From NCBI RefSeq assembly GCF_000039765.1, contig NC_004460.2:390001-422000 (forward strand): a stretch of 32,000 nucleotides of DNA, given 5' to 3'. The notes under the pieces were generated by a model. That model did no database searches. It was not told where the DNA came from and saw only the letters and a program-made list of their open reading frames with translations. The position numbers and the translations under genes were made by a program. Below, one piece after another: positions 1 through 7,815 of the stretch. The stretch comes from Vibrio vulnificus CMCP6 (GTDB taxonomy: Bacteria > Pseudomonadota > Gammaproteobacteria > Enterobacterales > Vibrionaceae). The first letter of the stretch is position 1. Every line of letters begins with the position of its first letter.

Positions 1-1479
1 GACGGCACGAGATTGCGTTAACGGGGTCCATTGCAACGCGGCTAAGTCAAATTTTTCAAGGTTCCAACCTTCACTCGATCGTTTGACACTTGCTACGATA
101 AAACGACCATCGTGAGACACGGCAAATCCACCTAACACGTCACCAATCGTGCCTTGCCAAATTTGCTGACCGATTTCTGGTTGTTGCGCATCCATTAACC
201 AAAGTTCACTGAGACCATTCACCTTACGTGTGGCTAAGTAGCGCTGGCCATCAGGGAGCCATTTAGCGCTGCGAAAACGCTGCTTCTCTGTCAACGCTTG
301 CCAACGATCATCTTGATAAAGATAAACATCGCTCAGCACGCGGCCATCTGCATAAGCGATAGAACGCGTCGCCAGCACCCCACTTTGAGGATGGAAATCG
401 AGCGAGTTGATGTTTTTCGTTTTAGTCAGTGAGTCTCCCGCGCGCTCATCACTGCCATCGCCTAACAACATCAGTTCACTCGCATCATCACCATTGTCGA
501 CATTAACCAAAACACCATGGTCCGTTGCGGTAAACACTTGCATAAATGGGGCGGTATATTTCCCCTCACCAATGACGGCTTGCTCCATCATGGTGGCAAG
601 ATCGCCTTGGTATTTCTCATATATATGAGCTTGGAAATCAGACCAAAGCTGTTCAAAATCCTTCCCAAACGTTTTTCTCGCCGTGCTGTTGAGCAAAAAG
701 AACGGAATAAGCTTGCGGCTGTAACCCTGCAAAAATTCTTGCACCTTAGCATCACCATAGCTATCGGCTAGGTATTGCACGAAATAGGCACCGTACAAAT
801 AGTTGTAGCCTAGCGGCCATTCTCTTGCTGCCACGGCAACTTGGTTGAGATCTTTCACGTCACCAGAGGCGACTTCCATTCTCATTTCCATGTCATAACC
901 AGAGCCTTGCAAGCGCCCATAGCCAGCTTGTTCATTGGTTTCCAGATAAACCGCAAGCCCTTCGAGCATAAAAGAAGGCGTCATGAGGTGAGGATAAAGA
1001 AATGGGTTGCGACCAAATATTTTACGAAAAACGTTGACCGCGCCGCCGCCCATTTCCATGTGCATGATATGCGCGTACTCATGCTTAATGAGGAGATGCA
1101 TCCACTCATCGTTATTTTCCAAGCCATTTGCTTCATCTGGTGGACTCATAATCAAACGAATTTGTGGATAAGGCACCACCGTCGCCCAACCGTTTGAATA
1201 GTCCACCTCATCGACCAACACCAATTCTGTTTTTTCTTTCGGCTCGTAACCAAAGTATGGCACCAGTTCTTTATGGGATTGTTCAGCCAAATCAAGCGCT
1301 CTTGCGGCTTGCTTTTCATGGCCATTTCTAAAGTGGATAACAAAGTGATCCGTCGATTGAGTTAACCATGTCTCGTTTGCTTGATCCCAAGCGACAGATT
1401 GCGCGTAGGCTTGAGAAGGAGTCCCTGCCCCCAAAGCGAATAGCGCGGCAAGTGAAAGTGCGAGCGGCGTATATTTCAT
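1..1479 (-). CDS. Secreted HExxH metallopeptidase-like protein with PD40/TolB-like beta-propeller repeats (partial; 3' end lies beyond the left edge)
   Basis: Absent from the ORF track because its stop is outside the window. Reading the reverse complement from ATG 1479..1477 stays open, in frame, to base 1. The N-terminus MKYTPLALSLAALFALGAGTPSQAYA looks like a Sec signal peptide. HEYAH is followed about 40 aa later by EGLAVYLE, a gluzincin-like arrangement. Later segments WLPDGQRYLATR and VSHDGRFIVASV resemble PD40 repeats. Confidence 0.75.
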   Translation of the reverse strand, partial: MKYTPLALSLAALFALGAGTPSQAYAQSVAWDQANETWLTQSTDHFVIHFRNGHEKQAARALDLAEQSHKELVPYFGYEPKEKTELVLVDEVDYSNGWATVVPYPQIRLIMSPPDEANGLENNDEWMHLLIKHEYAHIMHMEMGGGAVNVFRKIFGRNPFLYPHLMTPSFMLEGLAVYLETNEQAGYGRLQGSGYDMEMRMEVASGDVKDLNQVAVAAREWPLGYNYLYGAYFVQYLADSYGDAKVQEFLQGYSRKLIPFFLLNSTARKTFGKDFEQLWSDFQAHIYEKYQGDLATMMEQAVIGEGKYTAPFMQVFTATDHGVLVNVDNGDDASELMLLGDGSDERAGDSLTKTKNINSLDFHPQSGVLATRSIAYADGRVLSDVYLYQDDRWQALTEKQRFRSAKWLPDGQRYLATRKVNGLSELWLMDAQQPEIGQQIWQGTIGDVLGGFAVSHDGRFIVASVKRSSEGWNLEKFDLAALQWTPLTQSRAV

Positions 1480-1678
1480 AGATAATTTTCCATCAGTGCA
1501 CATAGATAAAATGAATAGAACCAAGTTAATGTACACTGTTTTATTGATTATTCATGTCCCTATTTGTATGGGAATGTATAGAGCAATCAAAAAGATGACA
1601 ACGTGCGAGCCCCTAAGAGTAGAGCAAACTCTCACGAATCAATTGAAAAAAGGAAAAAGATGAAAAGTGCTTAAATGC

Positions 1679-1706
1679 AAAAAGCCGACACTGAGTGTCG
1701 GCTTTT
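1679..1706 (-). terminator. Rho-independent terminator downstream of tRNA-Cys (hairpin flanked by A and T runs, so possibly bidirectional)
   Basis: GCCGACA-ctgag-TGTCGGC hairpin at 1684..1702. AAAAA on its left gives U5 on the minus strand, and TTTT lies on its right. Confidence 0.7.
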
Positions 1707-1714
1707 CTAAATAA

Positions 1715-1788
1715 TGGAGGCGCGTCCCGGAGTCGAACCGAGGTCCACGGATTTGCAATCCGCTGCATAGCCCCTCTGCCAACGCGCC
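1715..1788 (-). tRNA. tRNA-Cys (anticodon GCA)
   Basis: The reverse complement reads GGCGCGTTGGCAGAGGGGCTATGCAGCGGATTGCAAATCCGTGGACCTCGGTTCGACTCCGGGACGCGCCTCCA (74 nt). It has a 7-bp acceptor stem GGCGCGT/ACGCGCC, anticodon stem GCGGA/TCCGT with loop TTGCAAA, a GGTTCGA T-loop and an encoded CCA. It is close to E. coli tRNA-Cys as I remember it. Confidence 0.95.
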
Positions 1789-1826
1789 TTACTGTGTTGC
1801 CCGTGCTTGTCTCGGGAACGGGGTGC

Positions 1827-1854
1827 ACTTTAACGTATTCTCATGAGAGATCAA
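1827..1854 (-). promoter_or_regulatory. Candidate sigma70 promoter for tRNA-Cys
   Basis: On the minus strand: TTGATC (-35), 16 nt, TAAAGT (-10), then a GC-rich discriminator GCACCCC about 38 nt upstream of the mature tRNA 5' end. Pattern match only. Confidence 0.3.
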
Positions 1855-1948
1855 CTAATAATTTCGTTTCTTTGTGTTGATTGGACAATATCGGATCGAT
1901 TTGTTGCTTTGTCATACAAAGTGGTTTTAAAGCTGCCGACTCTCTTAT

Positions 1949-2022
1949 CTAGGCTCTAGGCTCTAGGCTCTAGGTTCTAGGTTCTAGGTTCTAGGTTCTA
2001 GGTTCTAGGTTCTAGGTTCTAG
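1949..2022. repeat. Heptanucleotide microsatellite: 3 x CTAGGCT followed by 7 x CTAGGTT plus a partial unit
   Basis: Counted directly. Units start at 1949, 1956 and 1963 (CTAGGCT) and at 1970 through 2012 every 7 bp (CTAGGTT), then CTAG. The array is intergenic, between the stop of the 2058..2300 gene and the tRNA-Cys promoter region. Confidence 0.95.
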
Positions 2023-2057
2023 CAATCATGATTTTCCATCATTCCATACGCAGTTCA

Positions 2058-2300
2058 TCACTTTGATTGCCAAAGATCTAAAAAATATTTTCCGTAAACC
2101 ACTTCCGTTTGCATGTGAAAAAACAGTAAAGCGCCCACCACGACCACAAATCCCCAATTGAAATAGCGATTCACTTTCGCTCTCACCCGTATATCGAATA
2201 CGGCCAATTGTATGCCCACAAGTATGAAAGGGTAACTTAGGATCAACAGTAGCAACCATCCCAGATGGGGCGAAATGGCCATGGGTTCAAAACCGATCAT
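2058..2300 (-). CDS. Small (80 aa) two-pass membrane protein, function unknown
   Basis: ORF-track ORF with AGGAG 7 nt upstream of the ATG. It has two hydrophobic stretches, GWLLLLILSYPFILVGIQLAVF and WGFVVVVGALLFFHM. The overlapping 2026..2259 ORF lacks these features. Confidence 0.55.
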   Translation of the reverse strand: MIGFEPMAISPHLGWLLLLILSYPFILVGIQLAVFDIRVRAKVNRYFNWGFVVVVGALLFFHMQTEVVYGKYFLDLWQSK

Positions 2301-2478
2301 ATGTACTCCTTGATATAAGTCACTGCTTTGGAGCGTATCAGTTTGAAATTCGGAAATTTTGTAACTTGCGGGCAGTTACGAACAAAGACTGAGTAAAACA
2401 CGCACTAATTTAATGCATTCTCAGTATGGGGACATCAGGTTGACGTAGCGGAAAATCGGAAGCCAAGAAAAACGCAAT

Positions 2479-2505
2479 AAAAAAGAGCGCTTTGAGCGCT
2501 CTTTA
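2479..2505 (-). terminator. Rho-independent terminator after the MaoC-like gene
   Basis: On the minus strand, AGAGCGC-TCAAA-GCGCTCT is followed by TTTTTT, about 25 nt after the stop at 2528. Confidence 0.75.
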
Positions 2506-2527
2506 TAGAATCGATAGAACCAAAGAT

Positions 2528-3205
2528 TTAAAAATGGAGCTGAATAACAGAAACCACTACAGCAGCAGGACGACGAACGCCTTCGATCTCCACTTTGATT
2601 TCACGCTCTATCTCTAACCCTTTTTTGATTGGGGTTACTTTGGTCAGTGTGCTTGAAGCACGTAAGTTATTACCCGATTTCACCGGATATGGGAAACGCA
2701 CTTGGTTCAAGCCAATATTCACAACCATCTTCGCCGTCGGGAAGAGGTTATTTTCAGGATTAACTGAATCGGTCAACTTCGGCAATAGAGCTAATGTTAA
2801 AAAGCCATGAGCGATGGTGGTTTTGAATGGCGACTCTACCGCTGCACGCTCAGGATCCGTATGAATCCACTGCATGTCTTCTGTCACCAAACCAAATTGA
2901 TTGATACGCTCTTGATCAACATGAATCCAATCACCAACATGAATCACTTGACCTATTTTTTCACTTAACTCGTTGTAAACAAGCTGCGCTTCTGGTTTGA
3001 GTACGATCGGCTCAGGCAATGACACTTCTTCATTCACCGCAGGCTGCTGATGATCGCGTACTTTCGAGAAAAGAAAACTTCCTTGCGCCTTTCCTAGAAA
3101 ATCACCCCAGTACTCACGAAGAGTTGGAGACATCCAATTAATAAACTCAGAATGATGCGCAGAAAATGCGTCTACTTTGTCTTTAAATAGATTTGTGACT
3201 TTCAT
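2528..3205 (-). CDS. MaoC-like (R)-hydratase / hot-dog fold protein with an ~85-aa N-terminal extension
   Basis: The C-terminal half (GDWIHVDQERINQFGLVTEDMQWIHTDPERAAVESPFKTTIAHGFLTLALLP) matches the MaoC/NodN dehydratase signature as I know it. Confidence 0.75.
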   Translation of the reverse strand: MKVTNLFKDKVDAFSAHHSEFINWMSPTLREYWGDFLGKAQGSFLFSKVRDHQQPAVNEEVSLPEPIVLKPEAQLVYNELSEKIGQVIHVGDWIHVDQERINQFGLVTEDMQWIHTDPERAAVESPFKTTIAHGFLTLALLPKLTDSVNPENNLFPTAKMVVNIGLNQVRFPYPVKSGNNLRASSTLTKVTPIKKGLEIEREIKVEIEGVRRPAAVVVSVIQLHF

Positions 3206-3355
3206 AAAAACCTTGGTTCATAATCTTCAAACTGGCTATACCAGTTAATTTTGAATTACTTCACATAACCTTGCAAATACTTTCGGGCGCACAACTGTTA
3301 CCTCAAAGTCAAATAATCCATTAAAAACATAACGATAGAAATAAAACACTATTTT

Positions 3356-3371
3356 ATTGTCTTTAGACAAT
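3356..3371. promoter_or_regulatory. Inverted repeat ATTGTCT-tt-AGACAAT (candidate operator) in the MaoC / kinase divergent intergenic region
   Basis: Perfect 7-bp arms with a 2-bp spacer, read directly. No known regulator assigned. Confidence 0.3.
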
Positions 3372-3701
3372 ACGAGTAAAAACTCTAGTTTTATTTACTA
3401 TTTTGCGTATTTTTGTGCGGTCACAAGTATGCAAAGCCCCTTTCATCACCAAATAATTACGTTCAAATAACATGCCAAACAGCGAGCGAGCTGTTTTCAT
3501 CCTGTAAACAAGAGAAAAACCGCTTTGATTAACCCAATATTACTCGCACATTCGAGCTCATATATTGAGAACTTTATCAAGTAGTTATTGATTTGAGATA
3601 CAGAAAACAAGATCCTTATCAAGCCTCGTTGCATGCGTAATTGAACGGATGTCCAAGATAAGAGAAACTTGTTGTATAACAGTAATTATAGTGATGTTGA
3701 A

Positions 3702-6700
3702 ATGATTAGCTTTGCGGACTTACGTATTCGTCCTAAATTGATTGCCCTCTTAATAATTTTTGGCATTTTACCCATGGTTTGCGTCACCCTTTTCAGTGGC
3801 CGCATGGCATCGGAAGCCCTAATAAAAAAATCCTTCCAAGAATTGCTTGCTATTCAGACGCTAAGAAGCGCCTCGATTGATACCTTTTTTGAAAAACGAT
3901 TACTCGATATTGGCACTTTAGCAGGCACAGACGAGCTGCGCGATTTCGCGACGGGGTTAACGACAGGGGTTAGCGTCAACTACTCGATTGAAGAAGTCGA
4001 AGACTCTGTGATCAGCTCTTTCACCAGCGCCTATGATTACAATGATTTTTTCGTACTCTCCCCAGACAAAGGAAAGATCCTCTACGCTCTGCACGATAAA
4101 AGCCGCATCAATGCGAACAGCTTAAGCTACGAAAACACCGATCCGTCACTGGCGAAAGTGTGGGCCAAAACCGTGGCAAAGAGCACGACATATTTTACTG
4201 ATTTTGCAAAAAGTAAAGCGGCACAAGGGCAATATGTTGCCTACTTTTCTGCCCCAATCCTCGATCACGACGGCAATTTGATTGCCATTGCAGCCATGCA
4301 AGTTTCCCCACAGTTGGTGACTAAAATCGTCGACTCGCGAGTCGGAATGGGTGAAACGGGCGAATCGTACCTTTTGGGTCTCGACGCCACCAGCAATCAA
4401 TTTACCCTGCGCTCTGACATCGTTACCATGGGCAATGGCCGCTATGTGGTTGGCTTTAGACTTGGCTACGATCTCGACTATTGGACAGATGCCCGTTCAG
4501 CAGGTGACACCGGAGGCCAAGGCACATACATCGACAGTGCTGGCCGCCCTGTTCTGGTCACATTTAACCGTATTCAAGTACCCGGCTACGATTGGTATTT
4601 GATCTCAAAGATCAATCAAGATGAAGTCACCACACCAATTACTCGCATCTATCAAGCACTGACCATTATTACTGCGATGATTTTTGTGTTGATCTGTTTT
4701 GTTGCGATCAAATTCTCCAACTCCGTAACTTCGCCCTTGTTGGCCAGTATGGATTTTGCGCAGCACATTGCCAAAGGAAAGCTCGATTCCTCGCTGACCA
4801 TTGATAGAAAAGATGAACTCGGTGAGTTAGGGAGTTCACTCAATAACATGGCTTCACAGTTGCGTGATCTTGATTGGCTAAAATCGGGGAAAGAAACGCT
4901 AGATAATGAACTTCGTGGCGATATTGAGCTGAGCGAGCTGTCTAACCGATTTATTCGTTTTTTCACGCGTCATCTGAATGCCCAATTGGGCGCCTTCTAT
5001 CTCTTCGAGAATGGGCAGCTTGAGTTGAATGCTTCCTACGCGTTTTCTGATCGCGCCGGTAATTTCAATCGCATTCAAATTGGCGAAGGAATGGTTGGCC
5101 AAGCCAGCTTGGAGCAGCAAGTGATTGCGTTTAACCATGTTACAGACGAGGCACCCGTTTACAACTTCGCCGCGGGTGATTGCGTTCCAACGCATTTCTT
5201 AGCCATTCCACTGTGTGTGGATAAGCAACTGATCGGCACTGTGTTACTCGGCGCTTTCCATGAATTTTCCCCTATTCAGAGACGCTTTATTAACGAAGTC
5301 GTGGGCAATTTGGCTATCGTTTTCAACGCCACAAAAGCGCGTTTAGTGATTAAATCCCTGCTTGAAGAGACGCAACAGCAAAAAGCACATCTCAGCAAAG
5401 CGAATGAAGATCTCGAAGCGCAAACACAGGCACTGCGCGTTTCGGAAGAAGAACTGCAAGCGCAGCAAGAAGAACTTCGCGTCACTAACGAAGAGCTAGA
5501 AGAGCAAACCAAAGTTCTGCGTGCTTCTGAAGCGGAGCTGCAAGCGCAACAAGAAGAACTGCGTGTAACCAATGAAGAGTTGGAAGAGCGCACTAAAGCG
5601 CTAGAATCGCAACAAGTAGAAATGAAGGAGAAAAACGAGGCACTTCATCAGGCGCAACTTGTTGTCGAAGAGAAAGCCAAAGAGCTGGAAATTGCCAGCA
5701 AATATAAGTCTGAGTTTTTGGCCAACATGTCCCATGAACTTCGTACTCCGCTAAACAGCATCCTGATTTTGTCTCAGTTGTTTGCCAATAACAAAGACGG
5801 CAACTTAACAGCGAAGCAGATTGAATCAGCCAAAGCCATTAACTCATCGGGCTCAGACCTTCTTTCCCTAATCAATGAAATTCTTGACCTATCAAAGGTT
5901 GAGGCAGGCAAGATCGATCTGCACATTGAAGACGTGCCCCTACAAACGGTGGAACAAGATCTTCTGAGACTTTATCAAGACATCGCCGATGATAAAGGTT
6001 TGGACTTCCAAGTGATTTGCGCACCAAACTTGCCACAAACGCTTGAAACAGACGCTCAGCGTTTACAGCAAATCTTGCGCAACTTACTGACCAACGCCTT
6101 CAAGTTTACGCACGAGGGTGCCGTGACATTGAATATGGCCTTGCCTTCTCCTGAACAAGCGAAGCTGCTCGATAAACCTCGTGAAGCGTTGATCGCATTC
6201 TCTGTCAAAGACGACGGCATTGGCATTAAACAAGAGCAGCAGTTGGCTATCTTCCAAGCCTTCCAGCAAGCCGATGGCAGTACCAGTCGTAAATATGGCG
6301 GTACAGGGCTAGGTCTGTCGATTTCGAAAGAGTTGACGCATTTACTTGGCGGACGTATTCACCTCAAGAGCGAAGAAGGAAAAGGCAGCATCTTTACGGT
6401 GATCTTCCCTACTCGTTATGAAGTCAAAGAGTCTGAATCGCAACCGACCCTATCGCCGATTAGCTTAGCTCCAATGGAGCCAATGGACGTTGTTGAACGC
6501 GAAGAGCCAACACCTCCTGCTCAAGATGCACCCTCTGTTGAAAAAGAGCCCGTTCCCCAATTGAATGGATTCAAAAAAGCGGACAGCATCAAACAGGACA
6601 ACGATAGCTATGTCGAAGATGACCGACAAACCGTGGTGCCAGAAGATCGTACTTTGTTGATCATTGAAGATGATCGTGCGTTCGCCAGCGTTATGCGTGA

Positions 6701-7814
6701 TTTTGGCCGCGAACGTGGCTTCAAATGCATTGTGGCGGAAACCGGAGAAACAGGCCTGCACTTTGCTCAGTACTATAAGCCCAGCGCCATCATTCTTGAT
6801 ATCGGCCTACCTGGCATCGATGGCTGGACCGTCATGGAGCGACTCAAAGAAAACCCTGAAACGCGCCATATCCCGGTTCATTTTATGTCTGCCAATGACG
6901 CAAACCTCGATGCACTGCGCATGGGAGCAATCGGCTACCTAACCAAACCAGTCGATATGAAAAAGCTCGAAAAAGCGTTTGGTAATATCGAAGATATTCT
7001 CTCTAAACCCGTAAAACGTTTGTTGGTGGTTGAAGATGACGCCATCCAACAAGAGTCTATTCGCCAGCTAATCGGTGAAGATGACATTCATATCGTAGCG
7101 GTTCCAACTGGTGAAAAAGCACTCGAAGAATTGGAGTCCAATCGCTACGACTGCATGGTGTTGGATCTGGGCTTAGAAGACATGACCGGTTTTGAGCTAC
7201 TTGAACGTATTCGTCGAAGTGAAACGGCAGCTCGAGTACCGATTATCGTCTACACCGGACGCGAGTTAAGTAAAGAAGAAGAGCGTGAACTCAATCGCTA
7301 TGCAGAGAGCATTATTATTAAAGGGGTGAAGTCACCAGAGCGTCTTTTGGATGAGTCTGCCCTCTTCCTGCACCGTGTAGAAGCTAACTTGCCTAGTGAG
7401 CAACGCGGTATTTTAAGAGCCGTGCACAACAAAGAGTCCGTCTTAACGGGCAAGAAAGTCTTGCTGGTGGATGATGATATGAGAAACGTCTTCGCGCTAT
7501 CGAGCATTCTTGAAGATAAAGGAATGGATATTGTGATTGCACGCGATGGCGTAGAGAGCCTAGACAAGCTCAAAGAAAACCCAGACATCGATGTGGTGCT
7601 CATGGACATCATGATGCCGAAGATGGACGGTTATGAAGCAATGGAAGAGATCCGCAAACAAAAAGTGTATGAAAAGCTGCCTGTCATTGCTTTAACGGCG
7701 AAAGCCATGAAAGGCGACAGAAGCAAGTGCATCGAAGCGGGCGCAAGTGATTATTTAGCGAAACCGGTCAATACCGATAAGTTACTTTCAATGTTAAGAG
7801 TCTGGTTGTACTGA
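3702..7814 (+). CDS. Hybrid sensor histidine kinase: TM - periplasmic Cache-like domain - TM - HAMP - GAF - long coiled coil - HisKA/HATPase - three tandem receiver domains
   Basis: The ORF track opens at TTG 3669; I prefer ATG 3702 (MISFADLRIRPKLIALLIIFGILP, a typical sensor N-terminus). The second TM is ALTIITAMIFVLICFVAIKF. H-box is FLANMSHELRTPLNS (His codon 5733..5735), N-box is LRNLLTNAFKFT, and G-boxes are DDGIGI and GGTGLGLSISK. The three REC domains each keep the acidic pair, phospho-Asp, Thr/Ser and Lys: LLIIEDD...IILDIGLPGIDG, LLVVEDD...MVLDLGLEDMTG, VLLVDDD...VLMDIMMPKMDG. Confidence 0.9.
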   Translation: MISFADLRIRPKLIALLIIFGILPMVCVTLFSGRMASEALIKKSFQELLAIQTLRSASIDTFFEKRLLDIGTLAGTDELRDFATGLTTGVSVNYSIEEVEDSVISSFTSAYDYNDFFVLSPDKGKILYALHDKSRINANSLSYENTDPSLAKVWAKTVAKSTTYFTDFAKSKAAQGQYVAYFSAPILDHDGNLIAIAAMQVSPQLVTKIVDSRVGMGETGESYLLGLDATSNQFTLRSDIVTMGNGRYVVGFRLGYDLDYWTDARSAGDTGGQGTYIDSAGRPVLVTFNRIQVPGYDWYLISKINQDEVTTPITRIYQALTIITAMIFVLICFVAIKFSNSVTSPLLASMDFAQHIAKGKLDSSLTIDRKDELGELGSSLNNMASQLRDLDWLKSGKETLDNELRGDIELSELSNRFIRFFTRHLNAQLGAFYLFENGQLELNASYAFSDRAGNFNRIQIGEGMVGQASLEQQVIAFNHVTDEAPVYNFAAGDCVPTHFLAIPLCVDKQLIGTVLLGAFHEFSPIQRRFINEVVGNLAIVFNATKARLVIKSLLEETQQQKAHLSKANEDLEAQTQALRVSEEELQAQQEELRVTNEELEEQTKVLRASEAELQAQQEELRVTNEELEERTKALESQQVEMKEKNEALHQAQLVVEEKAKELEIASKYKSEFLANMSHELRTPLNSILILSQLFANNKDGNLTAKQIESAKAINSSGSDLLSLINEILDLSKVEAGKIDLHIEDVPLQTVEQDLLRLYQDIADDKGLDFQVICAPNLPQTLETDAQRLQQILRNLLTNAFKFTHEGAVTLNMALPSPEQAKLLDKPREALIAFSVKDDGIGIKQEQQLAIFQAFQQADGSTSRKYGGTGLGLSISKELTHLLGGRIHLKSEEGKGSIFTVIFPTRYEVKESESQPTLSPISLAPMEPMDVVEREEPTPPAQDAPSVEKEPVPQLNGFKKADSIKQDNDSYVEDDRQTVVPEDRTLLIIEDDRAFASVMRDFGRERGFKCIVAETGETGLHFAQYYKPSAIILDIGLPGIDGWTVMERLKENPETRHIPVHFMSANDANLDALRMGAIGYLTKPVDMKKLEKAFGNIEDILSKPVKRLLVVEDDAIQQESIRQLIGEDDIHIVAVPTGEKALEELESNRYDCMVLDLGLEDMTGFELLERIRRSETAARVPIIVYTGRELSKEEERELNRYAESIIIKGVKSPERLLDESALFLHRVEANLPSEQRGILRAVHNKESVLTGKKVLLVDDDMRNVFALSSILEDKGMDIVIARDGVESLDKLKENPDIDVVLMDIMMPKMDGYEAMEEIRKQKVYEKLPVIALTAKAMKGDRSKCIEAGASDYLAKPVNTDKLLSMLRVWLY
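5433..5600 (+). repeat. In-frame tandem duplication of a 28-aa (84-nt) coiled-coil unit inside the kinase
   Basis: Unit 1 (5433..5516) is LRVSEEELQAQQEELRVTNEELEEQTKV. Unit 2 (5517..5600) is LRASEAELQAQQEELRVTNEELEERTKA. Each unit is four heptads, and the two copies differ by many synonymous changes. Confidence 0.9.
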
Positions 7815-7815
7815 T

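Noticed and set aside
407-1343. ORF-track ORFs 407..628, 517..771 and 841..1197 (+), and 1152..1343 (-)
   Set aside because: All lie inside, and mostly antisense to or out of frame with, the long minus-strand peptidase gene that is open from 1479 to base 1. They have no RBS and no recognisable motifs.
1613-1880. ORFs 1613..1828 (-) and 1695..1880 (+)
   Set aside because: They overlap the tRNA-Cys gene and its terminator. They are reading-frame artefacts.
1715-3205. tRNA-Cys as an integration site for a genomic island
   Set aside because: There is no integrase or other mobility gene next to the tRNA. I also found no direct repeat of the tRNA 3' end elsewhere in the window.
3669-3701. TTG 3669 as the kinase start (the ORF-track call)
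   Set aside because: It is in frame but adds 11 residues (LYNSNYSDVE) before a typical sensor N-terminus. I prefer ATG 3702, but neither start has a strong RBS, so this remains uncertain.
4146-7612. Antisense or alternate-frame ORFs inside the kinase gene (for example 5276..5593 minus, Ser/Cys-rich; 4652..4966; 6465..6761; 7298..7612)
   Set aside because: The low-complexity Ser/Cys composition is the mirror image of the Glu/Gln/Leu coiled-coil codons. The ORFs have no RBS and are fully nested in a well-supported gene.
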